Virus record (IMG/VR): IMGVR_UViG_3300045988_167582
Strand: one strand, 5' to 3'
DNA from: a virus
Length of the DNA stretch: 64,000 nt
Part shown: positions 9,528 to 17,685 of the stretch, in pieces
How the letters are laid out: each line of letters starts with the position of its first letter
Position numbering within the stretch: the stretch's first letter is position 1
The notes under the pieces: model-generated
Databases searched by the model: none
What the model saw: only the letters and a program-made list of their open reading frames with translations
What the model was told of the DNA's origin: nothing
Position numbers and translations under genes: made by a program

Positions 9528-10247
9528 ATGAATCCAAGAGACGCTTGCGAAGTCGCGTATCAGAATGGTTATGCTCAGGGGCTGCTTGATAGCGGTGTCC
9601 ACCGCGTTGAAAATTGCGAATGCGTTTCCAATGCGAAAGTCTTCGGGTTAGAAGACAGTATTCGCGGAGCTAAATTCCCTATGTCAACGGATGTAAGCAA
9701 ACTTAACACAGAGATGACCGATGGAATTAAGGCTTTAGCGCAAAGTAAAAAGGGAGAAGGGCATGACCAATGGCTCACGGGAGTGATTGTCCAGTTTGAC
9801 CTAACGTTTTCAAATAAAGCGTGGGTTGAAGCAGAACGTTATAGCTTTCTCGATTTCGTAAGTTCACAAAGTACAATGCACAGGATTTCAAGATTTAACT
9901 TTGAAAAGGTATATAACGAGTTTGTTGATGATAGGATTATCGAGATTATCAAAGAAAAGGTTGAGCGGTACAACGATTATTGCGCCTCGATTACCACCGG
10001 GCTTACGCCACAGAGCGTAGAATGCCAGCAAGCCATTGAAGCCAAGAAAAAAGAATTATACCTTGATATCTTATATAACAACCCGGCTGGTTGCCAAATC
10101 ACTGCGAGAATGTCAACAAACTATCGTCAGCTGAAAACAATTTATTCTCAGCGGAAAAATCATAGGCTGCCTGAGTGGCGGACATTCTGTAAATGGATTG
10201 AGACATTACCCATGAGTGAGTTGATTACGGGCAACGATAAGGGGTGA
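9528..10247 (+). CDS. Divergent ThyX (Thy1)-fold protein lacking the RHR signature
   Basis: GHDQWLTGVIVQFDLTFSNKAWVEAERYSFLDFVSSQS aligns by eye to ThyX GHETPFEH..F.V..P.FV.RQW.RHR..S.....S.RY. The C-terminus resembles LR.D.HAQWEI. Confidence 0.45.
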   Translation: MNPRDACEVAYQNGYAQGLLDSGVHRVENCECVSNAKVFGLEDSIRGAKFPMSTDVSKLNTEMTDGIKALAQSKKGEGHDQWLTGVIVQFDLTFSNKAWVEAERYSFLDFVSSQSTMHRISRFNFEKVYNEFVDDRIIEIIKEKVERYNDYCASITTGLTPQSVECQQAIEAKKKELYLDILYNNPAGCQITARMSTNYRQLKTIYSQRKNHRLPEWRTFCKWIETLPMSELITGNDKG

Positions 10248-10684
10248 GCACTACGAAGAGCAGGATACAGAACCCATATCGCATGAAACAGCTAATCGAT
10301 TTTCAGGGGCTTGATATAGATGGTTATATCTATCCAACTGATATCGATGGGTTAATTGAGTATAAAGACTCAGAATACATAATCTTTGAAATTAAATATG
10401 GCGGCGCAGAAGTGCCTGTCGGTCAAAAGCTTGCGCTTCAAAGAATGGTAGATGACTTTACTAAGGTCGGTAAGCAGGCGGTAGCACTTGTCTGTGAGCA
10501 CACAGTACACGATGCAGAAAAACCTGTTATAGCCGCTTGGTGCAAGGTGCGTGAAATCTATTACGGTAAGGAGAAACAGTGGCGAGCGCCTGATTCGGAG
10601 ATAACCGTGAGAGAAGCCGTCGATAACTTTCAAAGATATTCAAGGCTTGTAGCCGACACAACGAGAGGAGATGATGCGGTTTGA
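10244..10684 (+). CDS. Hypothetical protein (possible PD-(D/E)XK-like core)
   Basis: GTG start overlapping the upstream stop. DIDGLIEY...IIFEIK pattern only. Confidence 0.4.
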   Translation: MSTTKSRIQNPYRMKQLIDFQGLDIDGYIYPTDIDGLIEYKDSEYIIFEIKYGGAEVPVGQKLALQRMVDDFTKVGKQAVALVCEHTVHDAEKPVIAAWCKVREIYYGKEKQWRAPDSEITVREAVDNFQRYSRLVADTTRGDDAV

Positions 10685-11223
10685 AGGTAATCTTAATTTC
10701 TGGCAAAGCACAAAACGGCAAAGACACGGTAGCAGCATATATGAGAGAAAAACTGACAGAAGATAAACACCGTGTTTTGATTACACATTATGCGGACTTG
10801 CTCAAATATATCTGTCGCAGTTATTTTGGCTGGGACGGAGTGAAGGACGAGAAGGGACGCAAAATGTTACAGTACGTTGGTACTGATGTTATTAGGAAAG
10901 AAAACCCGAGCCTATGGGTGGATTTCGTGGCACTTATGCTGAAATACTTCCACGAAAACTGGGACTATGTTATTATCCCTGACTGCCGGTTTCCTAATGA
11001 GGTATCCACAATGCGAGATAGTGGGTTTGACACCTTATATCTGCGCATTATCAGAAGCAATTTTGCCAGCCCTCTTACAGAAGAACAGCAGAAACATCCG
11101 TCAGAGACAGCCCTTGACGGGTACGACGCTGACTACTGTATTGATAACAACGGAACGCTTTCGGAGTTAAAAACGAAAGTCGATAATTGGATTAAGGAGA
11201 GTTTATATGAGCACGAATCATAA
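10681..11223 (+). CDS. Deoxynucleoside monophosphate kinase
   Basis: P-loop ISGKAQNGKDT at the N-terminus, LQYVGTDVIR, DCRFPNE, HPSE motifs typical of phage dNMP kinases. Confidence 0.65.
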   Translation: MKVILISGKAQNGKDTVAAYMREKLTEDKHRVLITHYADLLKYICRSYFGWDGVKDEKGRKMLQYVGTDVIRKENPSLWVDFVALMLKYFHENWDYVIIPDCRFPNEVSTMRDSGFDTLYLRIIRSNFASPLTEEQQKHPSETALDGYDADYCIDNNGTLSELKTKVDNWIKESLYEHES

Positions 11224-11848
11224 GGGTTATTACGACATTGACATCGATATCGAAAAAGCACTGATTGATAGTGGAATGATTGATGAAATCTTCTACTTGA
11301 AAGACCTTAAACAGCGAAAGCTTTTCCTGAATACCGATGTCGAACAACTCTCCGTTGGAGAAATCGTAAAACACATCATGCAGTATAACAAAGAGGACAT
11401 CGGCATTGAACCCGACAAGAGAACTCCCATCATTCTGTATGTATCTTCTAATGGAGGCGAAGTCGATTCCGGATTTGAACTTATTGATGTGATTATGGCA
11501 AGTAAGACACCTGTTTTTACTGTCAATCTCGGATATCAGTACAGCATGGGCTTTTTAATCGGTCTTGCCGGAACCAAAAGATTTGCTATGCGCAACGCAA
11601 AGTTCCTTATGCATGACGGTTCAAATTTTGTATATAACTCGGGAGCGAAAGCACAAGACCAGATGGAATTTCAGCGTCGCGTAGAAGACATGATTAAGCA
11701 GTACATCCTCTCCCGAAGCAAAATTACAAGCAAGGAATACGACAGTAAACTTAGAGTTGAGTGGTACCTTTTTGCGGATGAAGCTAAGGACAAGGGGTTC
11801 TGTGATTACATTATCGGAGACGACTGCGACATCGATGAGGTGATTTAA
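11207..11848 (+). CDS. ClpP-like serine protease
   Basis: ILYVSSNGGEVDSGFELID...GYQYSMGFLI...FLMHDGS parallels the ClpP Ser/His regions. Confidence 0.6.
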   Translation: MSTNHKGYYDIDIDIEKALIDSGMIDEIFYLKDLKQRKLFLNTDVEQLSVGEIVKHIMQYNKEDIGIEPDKRTPIILYVSSNGGEVDSGFELIDVIMASKTPVFTVNLGYQYSMGFLIGLAGTKRFAMRNAKFLMHDGSNFVYNSGAKAQDQMEFQRRVEDMIKQYILSRSKITSKEYDSKLRVEWYLFADEAKDKGFCDYIIGDDCDIDEVI

Positions 11849-11859
11849 GGGAGGTTCCT

Positions 11860-12687
11860 ATGGACGAATATCTTGGCTTTAAGGAAGTTGTTTTATCCGA
11901 TAATGAAATTAACTCAATTTTCCAAAATAATATGGCAAACACCTTTGGTTGCCTTCCTAATCAGTACCTGATTGCAAAGGATGGTTGCGACAATAACCTC
12001 GAGTTAATGAGGTGTACGGGAGATAAGATGGTCAAAGTACCGTACAAAACTATTAACAGTAGGTTTTTAGGAAAGGTTAAACCACGAAATACTCAGCAGC
12101 AGCTTGCAATCGATATGCTTTACAACAACGATATTACCGTCAAGGTAATTGCAGGCAAGTTCGGAACGGGCAAAGACTTCTTGATGTGCTCTGCGGCAAT
12201 CGACCTTCTTGAACACAACAAATTTGAAAAAATCGTTTATATTCGGAACAATATTGAGGTTAAAAACTCAAAACCCATCGGATATCTCCCCGGTTCATAC
12301 AATGAAAAGCTCCTTCCGTTCGCAATGCCGCTGGCAGACCATTTAGGAGGAACTGACGGTTTGAGTTTAATGGTCGGACACGGTCAGATTGAGATTGTCC
12401 ACCTCGGCTTTATCAGAGGTCGTGACATTAAGAACTCAATTATCCTTTGCTCCGAGGCAGAAAACATGACAAAGGAACATATCCAGCTACTTCTCGGGCG
12501 AGTCGGAGAAGGGTCTGCGCTCTGGATTAACGGTGATTTTAAGCAGTGTGATGCAGAGGTTTTCAGACAGAATAGTGGGCTTATGGCTGCTGTTGATAAG
12601 CTTAAGGGACATCCGAGATTTGGGTATGTGAAACTATTAAAGACAGAGAGGAGCGAGACGGCAGCCATGGCTGACCTGTTGGATTAA
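11860..12687 (+). CDS. PhoH-like ATPase
   Basis: PRNTQQQLAIDML, Walker A AGKFGTGKD (Asp where PhoH normally has Thr), GFIRGRD, SERSE C-terminus. Confidence 0.65.
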   Translation: MDEYLGFKEVVLSDNEINSIFQNNMANTFGCLPNQYLIAKDGCDNNLELMRCTGDKMVKVPYKTINSRFLGKVKPRNTQQQLAIDMLYNNDITVKVIAGKFGTGKDFLMCSAAIDLLEHNKFEKIVYIRNNIEVKNSKPIGYLPGSYNEKLLPFAMPLADHLGGTDGLSLMVGHGQIEIVHLGFIRGRDIKNSIILCSEAENMTKEHIQLLLGRVGEGSALWINGDFKQCDAEVFRQNSGLMAAVDKLKGHPRFGYVKLLKTERSETAAMADLLD

Positions 12688-12690
12688 AAA

Positions 12691-13251
12691 ATGAACAAAC
12701 TCACAGTTCTTGTGGATATGGACGACACGCTCGAAAATCTTTGTGAAACGTGGGTTGAATATCTGAACGAGAGGCACGGTACCAATGTACATATCAATGA
12801 TGTGAAAGAATGGGATATGACAAAAGCATTCCCAACGCTTTCAAAATCCGAGCTTTTTGCACCATTGTACGAAGAAGAGTTATGGAAGAGGGTAAAACCT
12901 CTTCCGGATTCGGTCAAATATGTTAAAAGACTGCTTGATGACGGACACAAGGTTATCATTGTGACGGCATCGCACCAAGATACTGTTGCGTATAAGCTCA
13001 ACGATGTTTTGTTCAGATATTTTCCGTTTCTCACCACAAACGACGTGGTTATCGCATATCAAAAACAACTTATCAGAGGAGACGTTCTAATTGATGACGC
13101 CCCTCACAATCTCATCGGAGGGGAATACAAAGGAATTCTGATGAACGCTCCTCATAACAAACAGTTTGACGAAAAAGCTACTGGCTTTGTAAGGGTTGCT
13201 AATTGGGAAGAGGCTTACAACGCAGTACGCAATATTGCAGAAGAGAGGTGA
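12691..13251 (+). CDS. 5'(3')-deoxyribonucleotidase (HAD family)
   Basis: VDMDDTLENL HAD motif I, IVTAS, LIDDAPHN. Confidence 0.7.
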   Translation: MNKLTVLVDMDDTLENLCETWVEYLNERHGTNVHINDVKEWDMTKAFPTLSKSELFAPLYEEELWKRVKPLPDSVKYVKRLLDDGHKVIIVTASHQDTVAYKLNDVLFRYFPFLTTNDVVIAYQKQLIRGDVLIDDAPHNLIGGEYKGILMNAPHNKQFDEKATGFVRVANWEEAYNAVRNIAEER

Positions 13252-13454
13252 ACGATATTTACATCTTATACTCAACAGGATGCCCCAAATGCGAAGTCTT
13301 AAAGAAAAAACTCGCCGAAAAAGGCGTCCAGTACACAGAAAATAACTCAGTGGACGAGATGTTAACGCTCGGCATTGAAGCAGTCCCGGTCTTAAAGGTG
13401 AACGACCGACTCCTTGATTTTAAGGGAGCGGTTGACTGGGTAAATAAACAGTAA
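13248..13454 (+). CDS. NrdH/glutaredoxin-like redoxin
   Basis: GTG overlapping the upstream TGA (GTGA). ILYSTGCPKCEVLKKKL with a CPKC redox motif. Directly upstream of nrdD. Confidence 0.65.
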   Translation: MNDIYILYSTGCPKCEVLKKKLAEKGVQYTENNSVDEMLTLGIEAVPVLKVNDRLLDFKGAVDWVNKQ

Positions 13455-13465
13455 GGAGATGGCAA

Positions 13466-15382
13466 ATGAACATTCCATTAAAGATGAATAGAGATTTTGA
13501 AAAGGTTATGCAGTCGATGCTTGAGAAATACGGGGAGGATTTCGAGTATCTTAACGGATTCCACGAAACACAGTTAAATTTCTCGGACTTTATCGACAGC
13601 TTTGTTGACAAAAAGGTTGCAGACGTAACGATTGACGCAAACGCCAATGCGTCAAACAAGGATATTCGCAGTCTTATCAATGAAAAAGGGAAATCTCTCG
13701 ACAAGCTCTTCGCTTTCAATAAGATTTTTTACGAACTCAAGAAGAAATACAACCTCAAAACAGCAAAAGAGTGGCTCGAATGCGAATATAATGGTGCTTT
13801 TTATCTGCACGACGCATCATCGGCAACATATTTACCGTATTGTTATGCATACGACCTCACCAGACTTGCAACAGAGGGCTTATTCTTCCTTAAAAACTAT
13901 AATAATCAGCCCCCGAAACACCTTACAACATTTATTGACGACGTAATCGAGTACATTAGCTACATGAGTAACCGGAGTTCCGGCGCTGTGGGTATCCCCA
14001 ATGTGCTTATTTGGACTTATTACTTCTGGAAACACGATTGTGAGACCGGTTTTTATATCAAGGACAAGGACTATTACATCAGACAGTCTTTCCAGAAGCT
14101 GATTTACCGTCTGAACCAACCGTTTATGCGCATCGACCAGACTGCATTCGTCAACGTATCGATTTTTGACCGTAACTATATCGAGTCTTTGTTCGGCGGT
14201 GTTCAATACCCCGACGGAACCTATGTAATCGACTGCGTGGACGAGCTTATTGAACATCAGAAACTGTTTATGGAAGTGGTTTCGCAGATTCGCAGTGAAA
14301 ATATGTTTACATTCCCTGTCCTGACATACTCGCTGCTTTATAAAGACGGCAAATTTGTTGACGAGGATTTTGCACGCTGGTGTTCAGACCACAACACAAA
14401 ATGGAATGACAGCAATTTCTTCGTAAGCGGAGATGTTACGACTCTTAGTAACTGTTGCCGACTGCTTTCTGATACAACCAAACTCAGCGCTTTCATCAAT
14501 TCAATCGGCGGCACAGCACTCTCCATTGGTTCCGTTAAGGTCAACACGATTAACCTTATGAGAATTGCGCTTGAAACAGAGTGTGACGAGAAAAAGTACC
14601 TCGCATTGCTCAAAAAGCGAGCAACGCTGTGCTGCAAGACACTGGATATCGTAAGACATATTATGCGTCGCAATATTGAAAAGGGTCTTCTCCCGAACTA
14701 TCAGGACGGTGCGGTTGAAATGGATAAACAGTATTGCACTATGGGTATTCTCGGTCTCTTCGAGGTCATCGAAGCATTCGGGTATACCAAAGTTGACGAA
14801 CTGGGCTATACCTACTACACGGATGAAGGAATTGAACTTGCCTGCAAAATCTTTGATGTGTTAAACGAGGTCAAGGACGGTTTTACAACGGAGTATTCGT
14901 TCAACATCGAGTCTGTTCCTGCAGAGCGTGCAGCGTGTATTCTCTGCCAGAAAGACAACGCACTGTTCGACCTAAATAATAAGTTCATTTACTCAAATCA
15001 GTGGATTCCGCTTTCAACAAAATGCACCATCAAAGAAAAACTGCGTCTCAGCGCCATTCTTGATGAAAAATGCAGCGGCGGCAGTATCGCACATATCAAT
15101 CTCGAAGCCAATTTCCCGAACAATGATATGGCGTGGGAAATGCTCAATAAGATTGCTCAAGCTGGAGTAATTTACTTTGCGTTTAATACAAGAATCAACG
15201 AGTGTAAGAACCACCACGGTTTTGTTGGAACGGATATCTGCCCGAATTGCGGTGAGCCCGTTTTTGATACATATGTAAGAATTGTAGGGTATTTAGTTCC
15301 AACTCGAAGTTTCTCTAATGATAGGTTTAGAGAGTTTACAACTCGACAGTGGTACGAACTTTCGGAGACTATGCGTGAGTAA
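13466..15382 (+). CDS. nrdD: Anaerobic ribonucleoside-triphosphate reductase (class III)
   Basis: 638 aa. C-terminal Zn site C..H...CPNCG followed by the glycyl-radical motif RIVGYLVP. Confidence 0.9.
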   Translation: MNIPLKMNRDFEKVMQSMLEKYGEDFEYLNGFHETQLNFSDFIDSFVDKKVADVTIDANANASNKDIRSLINEKGKSLDKLFAFNKIFYELKKKYNLKTAKEWLECEYNGAFYLHDASSATYLPYCYAYDLTRLATEGLFFLKNYNNQPPKHLTTFIDDVIEYISYMSNRSSGAVGIPNVLIWTYYFWKHDCETGFYIKDKDYYIRQSFQKLIYRLNQPFMRIDQTAFVNVSIFDRNYIESLFGGVQYPDGTYVIDCVDELIEHQKLFMEVVSQIRSENMFTFPVLTYSLLYKDGKFVDEDFARWCSDHNTKWNDSNFFVSGDVTTLSNCCRLLSDTTKLSAFINSIGGTALSIGSVKVNTINLMRIALETECDEKKYLALLKKRATLCCKTLDIVRHIMRRNIEKGLLPNYQDGAVEMDKQYCTMGILGLFEVIEAFGYTKVDELGYTYYTDEGIELACKIFDVLNEVKDGFTTEYSFNIESVPAERAACILCQKDNALFDLNNKFIYSNQWIPLSTKCTIKEKLRLSAILDEKCSGGSIAHINLEANFPNNDMAWEMLNKIAQAGVIYFAFNTRINECKNHHGFVGTDICPNCGEPVFDTYVRIVGYLVPTRSFSNDRFREFTTRQWYELSETMRE

Positions 15383-15911
15383 ACTAATCGATTTGACTTC
15401 ACAACGCTTCGGTAGACTGATGGTGCTTTTCTAAGCACCATCTACTGGAGGGCAAGCAGAACGGATTTGTATGTGCAACTAAGGAGATAATTTTAAAGAC
15501 GAGAACTGTCGATTTAACAGGACAATAGATGTGTTCTCTTCATATCTGACAACAGGAGATATAAAGTCCTGTGGATGTATTATGTCTTATAGAGAAACTT
15601 TAATTGAACGGTATTTGATAAATCATAATATCCAATTTCAAAGACAGTTTACTTTTCAAGACCTCAGAGGAAAGAAATATCCATTAAGATTTGATTTTGC
15701 TGTGTTTGAAGACGACGGAACCTTACAGTGTTTGATTGAGTATCAAGGCGAGCAGCATTATACTAATATATTCAAAATACCAGAAGATGATTATTTACAA
15801 TCTATTGCAAGGGATGAATTAAAACGAAAATACTGTAATGAGCATAAGATACCGTTATACGAGTTGAATAACGAAGAAACGATAGAAACGGAGCTGAAAA
15901 GGATTTTATGA
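15375..15911 (+). pseudogene. Decayed homing-endonuclease-like gene between nrdD and nrdG (intact C-terminal D..ExQ nuclease-like domain from 15582)
   Basis: VSKLIDLTSQRFGRLMVLF* (15375-15434), then CATKEIILKTRTVDLTGQ* and YLTTGDIKSCGC in other frames. The C-terminal part has RFDFAV...IEYQGEQH. Confidence 0.5.
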
Positions 15912-16393
15912 AGATAAAAACAATTGTGGACGAGGATTTCGTGAATTACAAGGTTCCATCCATGTATATTGGTGCGGCGTATTGCAACGGAAAATGTTGC
16001 CGAGAAGCCGGAATTCCGTTATCTGTCTGCCAGAACGATGCGTGGCGCGGTAGCGCCACCATCGCAATGGATGACGATGATATTATCCAGAGATATCTAT
16101 CAAACGATATTACAAAGGCTCTTTGCTTCGCGGGTCTGGAACCGTTTGAGCAGTTTGACGAGCTGTTGCGCCTCGTGTCTAAGCTCCGCACAGAGTATCA
16201 CTGTAATGATACAGTGGTCATTTACACGGGATACAATATGACTGAAATTGTGTCCGAGGTCGCTACGCTGAGAAAATTTGATAATATTGTTATTAAGTTC
16301 GGGCGATATGTCCCCAACCAGTCAAAACATTTTGATGAGGTTTTGGGTGTATATCTGGCTTCCGATAACCAGTATGCAGAAAGAATCAGTTAA
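15908..16393 (+). CDS. nrdG: Class III RNR activating enzyme (radical SAM), atypical Cys spacing
   Basis: DFVNY...CNGKCC...C QN, GLEPF (GGEP-like), VVIYTGYNMTEI, FDNIVIKFGRY. Adjacent to nrdD. Confidence 0.75.
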   Translation: MKIKTIVDEDFVNYKVPSMYIGAAYCNGKCCREAGIPLSVCQNDAWRGSATIAMDDDDIIQRYLSNDITKALCFAGLEPFEQFDELLRLVSKLRTEYHCNDTVVIYTGYNMTEIVSEVATLRKFDNIVIKFGRYVPNQSKHFDEVLGVYLASDNQYAERIS

Positions 16394-16404
16394 GGAGAAT
16401 ACAT

Positions 16405-16677
16405 ATGGGCAACAAACTTACAATTTCATTTGGGCTCGTTGATGAGTTCGGAAACGAGTATTCGGCAACATCGAAAACAGAAACCTTTGAAGACCTTGGC
16501 GTTGGCAATATTGAGACAATCGGGGAGCAGCTCAACAACTTCCTCAGACAGTGCGGTTATGTCAGAAAGAACGATTATATCTTCATGGACGATGTAAACG
16601 ATGATGAGTATGAAGCGATTGCCGATTTCCTTGTGGACTATCGCCGTGAGCGTGAGAAAGTGGTGGATAGAGAATGA
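16405..16677 (+). CDS. Hypothetical acidic protein
   Basis: ORF with SD AAGGAG. No motif. Confidence 0.45.
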   Translation: MGNKLTISFGLVDEFGNEYSATSKTETFEDLGVGNIETIGEQLNNFLRQCGYVRKNDYIFMDDVNDDEYEAIADFLVDYRREREKVVDRE

Positions 16678-16781
16678 TTAGTGTATGGAATCTACTTTGG
16701 ATTGTCCCGCTTTCATGTTTATTCGGTTTTTGGTTAGCGGCACTGCTTATGGTATCAGAGAATGACGATATGGAGGAATGA
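16674..16781 (+). CDS. Small hydrophobic peptide (35 aa)
   Basis: ATGA overlaps at both ends (coupled). MISVWNLLWIVPLSCLFGFWLAALLMV is TM-like. Confidence 0.35.
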   Translation: MISVWNLLWIVPLSCLFGFWLAALLMVSENDDMEE

Positions 16782-16969
16782 TAATGAATATTTCCCTTAC
16801 AATTTCCCAGATTGAAAATCTTAAAGAGTTTATTGAATTTGAGTTCATCGGCTCCATCCGAGACGATGAGGATATCGATAATATCGACTACATTGTAGAT
16901 ATGATGGATACATACAAAAAACTGAAAGAGGCGCTGGCGAACAGTAATTCAGCAAGAATTAGTGCGTAG
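16778..16969 (+). CDS. Hypothetical acidic protein
   Basis: Translationally coupled ORF, 63 aa. Confidence 0.4.
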   Translation: MIMNISLTISQIENLKEFIEFEFIGSIRDDEDIDNIDYIVDMMDTYKKLKEALANSNSARISA

Positions 16970-17038
16970 CCAGTATACAGACATCGGAACATCCAGCGTC
17001 ACTACCTCAGAGGAATACTATACTAACGGAGGCTTACA

Positions 17039-17236
17039 ATGACCATTAGACAAAATCCAGACAGGGATTACGCAAAAGAAGTACGTGATAAGCTGAAAAG
17101 TAATGGCGGCTACTGTCCTTGCCGCCTTGAAAAAACAGCGGACACCAAATGTATGTGCAAAGAATTTCGAGAGCAGATTGAGCGAAACGAGCCCGGCTAT
17201 TGCCATTGTGGGCTCTACTGCATTGAGAAGGATTAA
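17039..17236 (+). CDS. Ferredoxin:thioredoxin-reductase catalytic-subunit-like (FTR/FDR-like) Cys protein
   Basis: Three CxC pairs, CPC-x9-CMC-x14-CHCGL, resemble the FTR catalytic chain CPC...CPC...CHC. Confidence 0.55.
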   Translation: MTIRQNPDRDYAKEVRDKLKSNGGYCPCRLEKTADTKCMCKEFREQIERNEPGYCHCGLYCIEKD

Positions 17237-17238
17237 GT

Positions 17239-17667
17239 ATGCGCAGGGTATTTATTATGCGTAAAGACCTGAATATGTCCGTCGGTAAGCTCTTAACTCA
17301 AACCTACCACTGCGCAGAAGCATATTGGACGCACGGGCTTAGAGCAAACGCAAAGCCGATAGACGACGCCAGAGGATATATTGCCAGCATCAAAATTCCC
17401 AAGGATGTGTATGAGCAGTATGTGTGCGGTATGCTCGTGAAGACCGTATGTGAGGCAAGAAATAAGAACCACCTACTTAAAGCCAAAACAATTGCAGAGA
17501 AAATAGGGCTTGTAGAGGGCGTAGATTTTGGGCTCATATACGATAAATGCTTAACGGAACTTGTTCCCGAGGAAGAGGACGGTACAACGCTGACGGGAAT
17601 TTGGTTTGCACCGCTTGATGACGAGCGGGCTCACTCAATCAGCAAGAAATATCAATTATATAAATAA
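17239..17667 (+). CDS. PTH2-type peptidyl-tRNA hydrolase-like protein
   Basis: RVFIMRKDLNMSVGKLLTQTYHCAE vs PTH2 VVR.DL.MGKGK.AAQ..HAA. LIYDKCLTEL...TGIWFAP...KYQLYK vs DAGRT.I....T.LGIGP....LKLY. Confidence 0.6.
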   Translation: MRRVFIMRKDLNMSVGKLLTQTYHCAEAYWTHGLRANAKPIDDARGYIASIKIPKDVYEQYVCGMLVKTVCEARNKNHLLKAKTIAEKIGLVEGVDFGLIYDKCLTELVPEEEDGTTLTGIWFAPLDDERAHSISKKYQLYK

Positions 17668-17685
17668 GAAAGGGTTATACATAAT

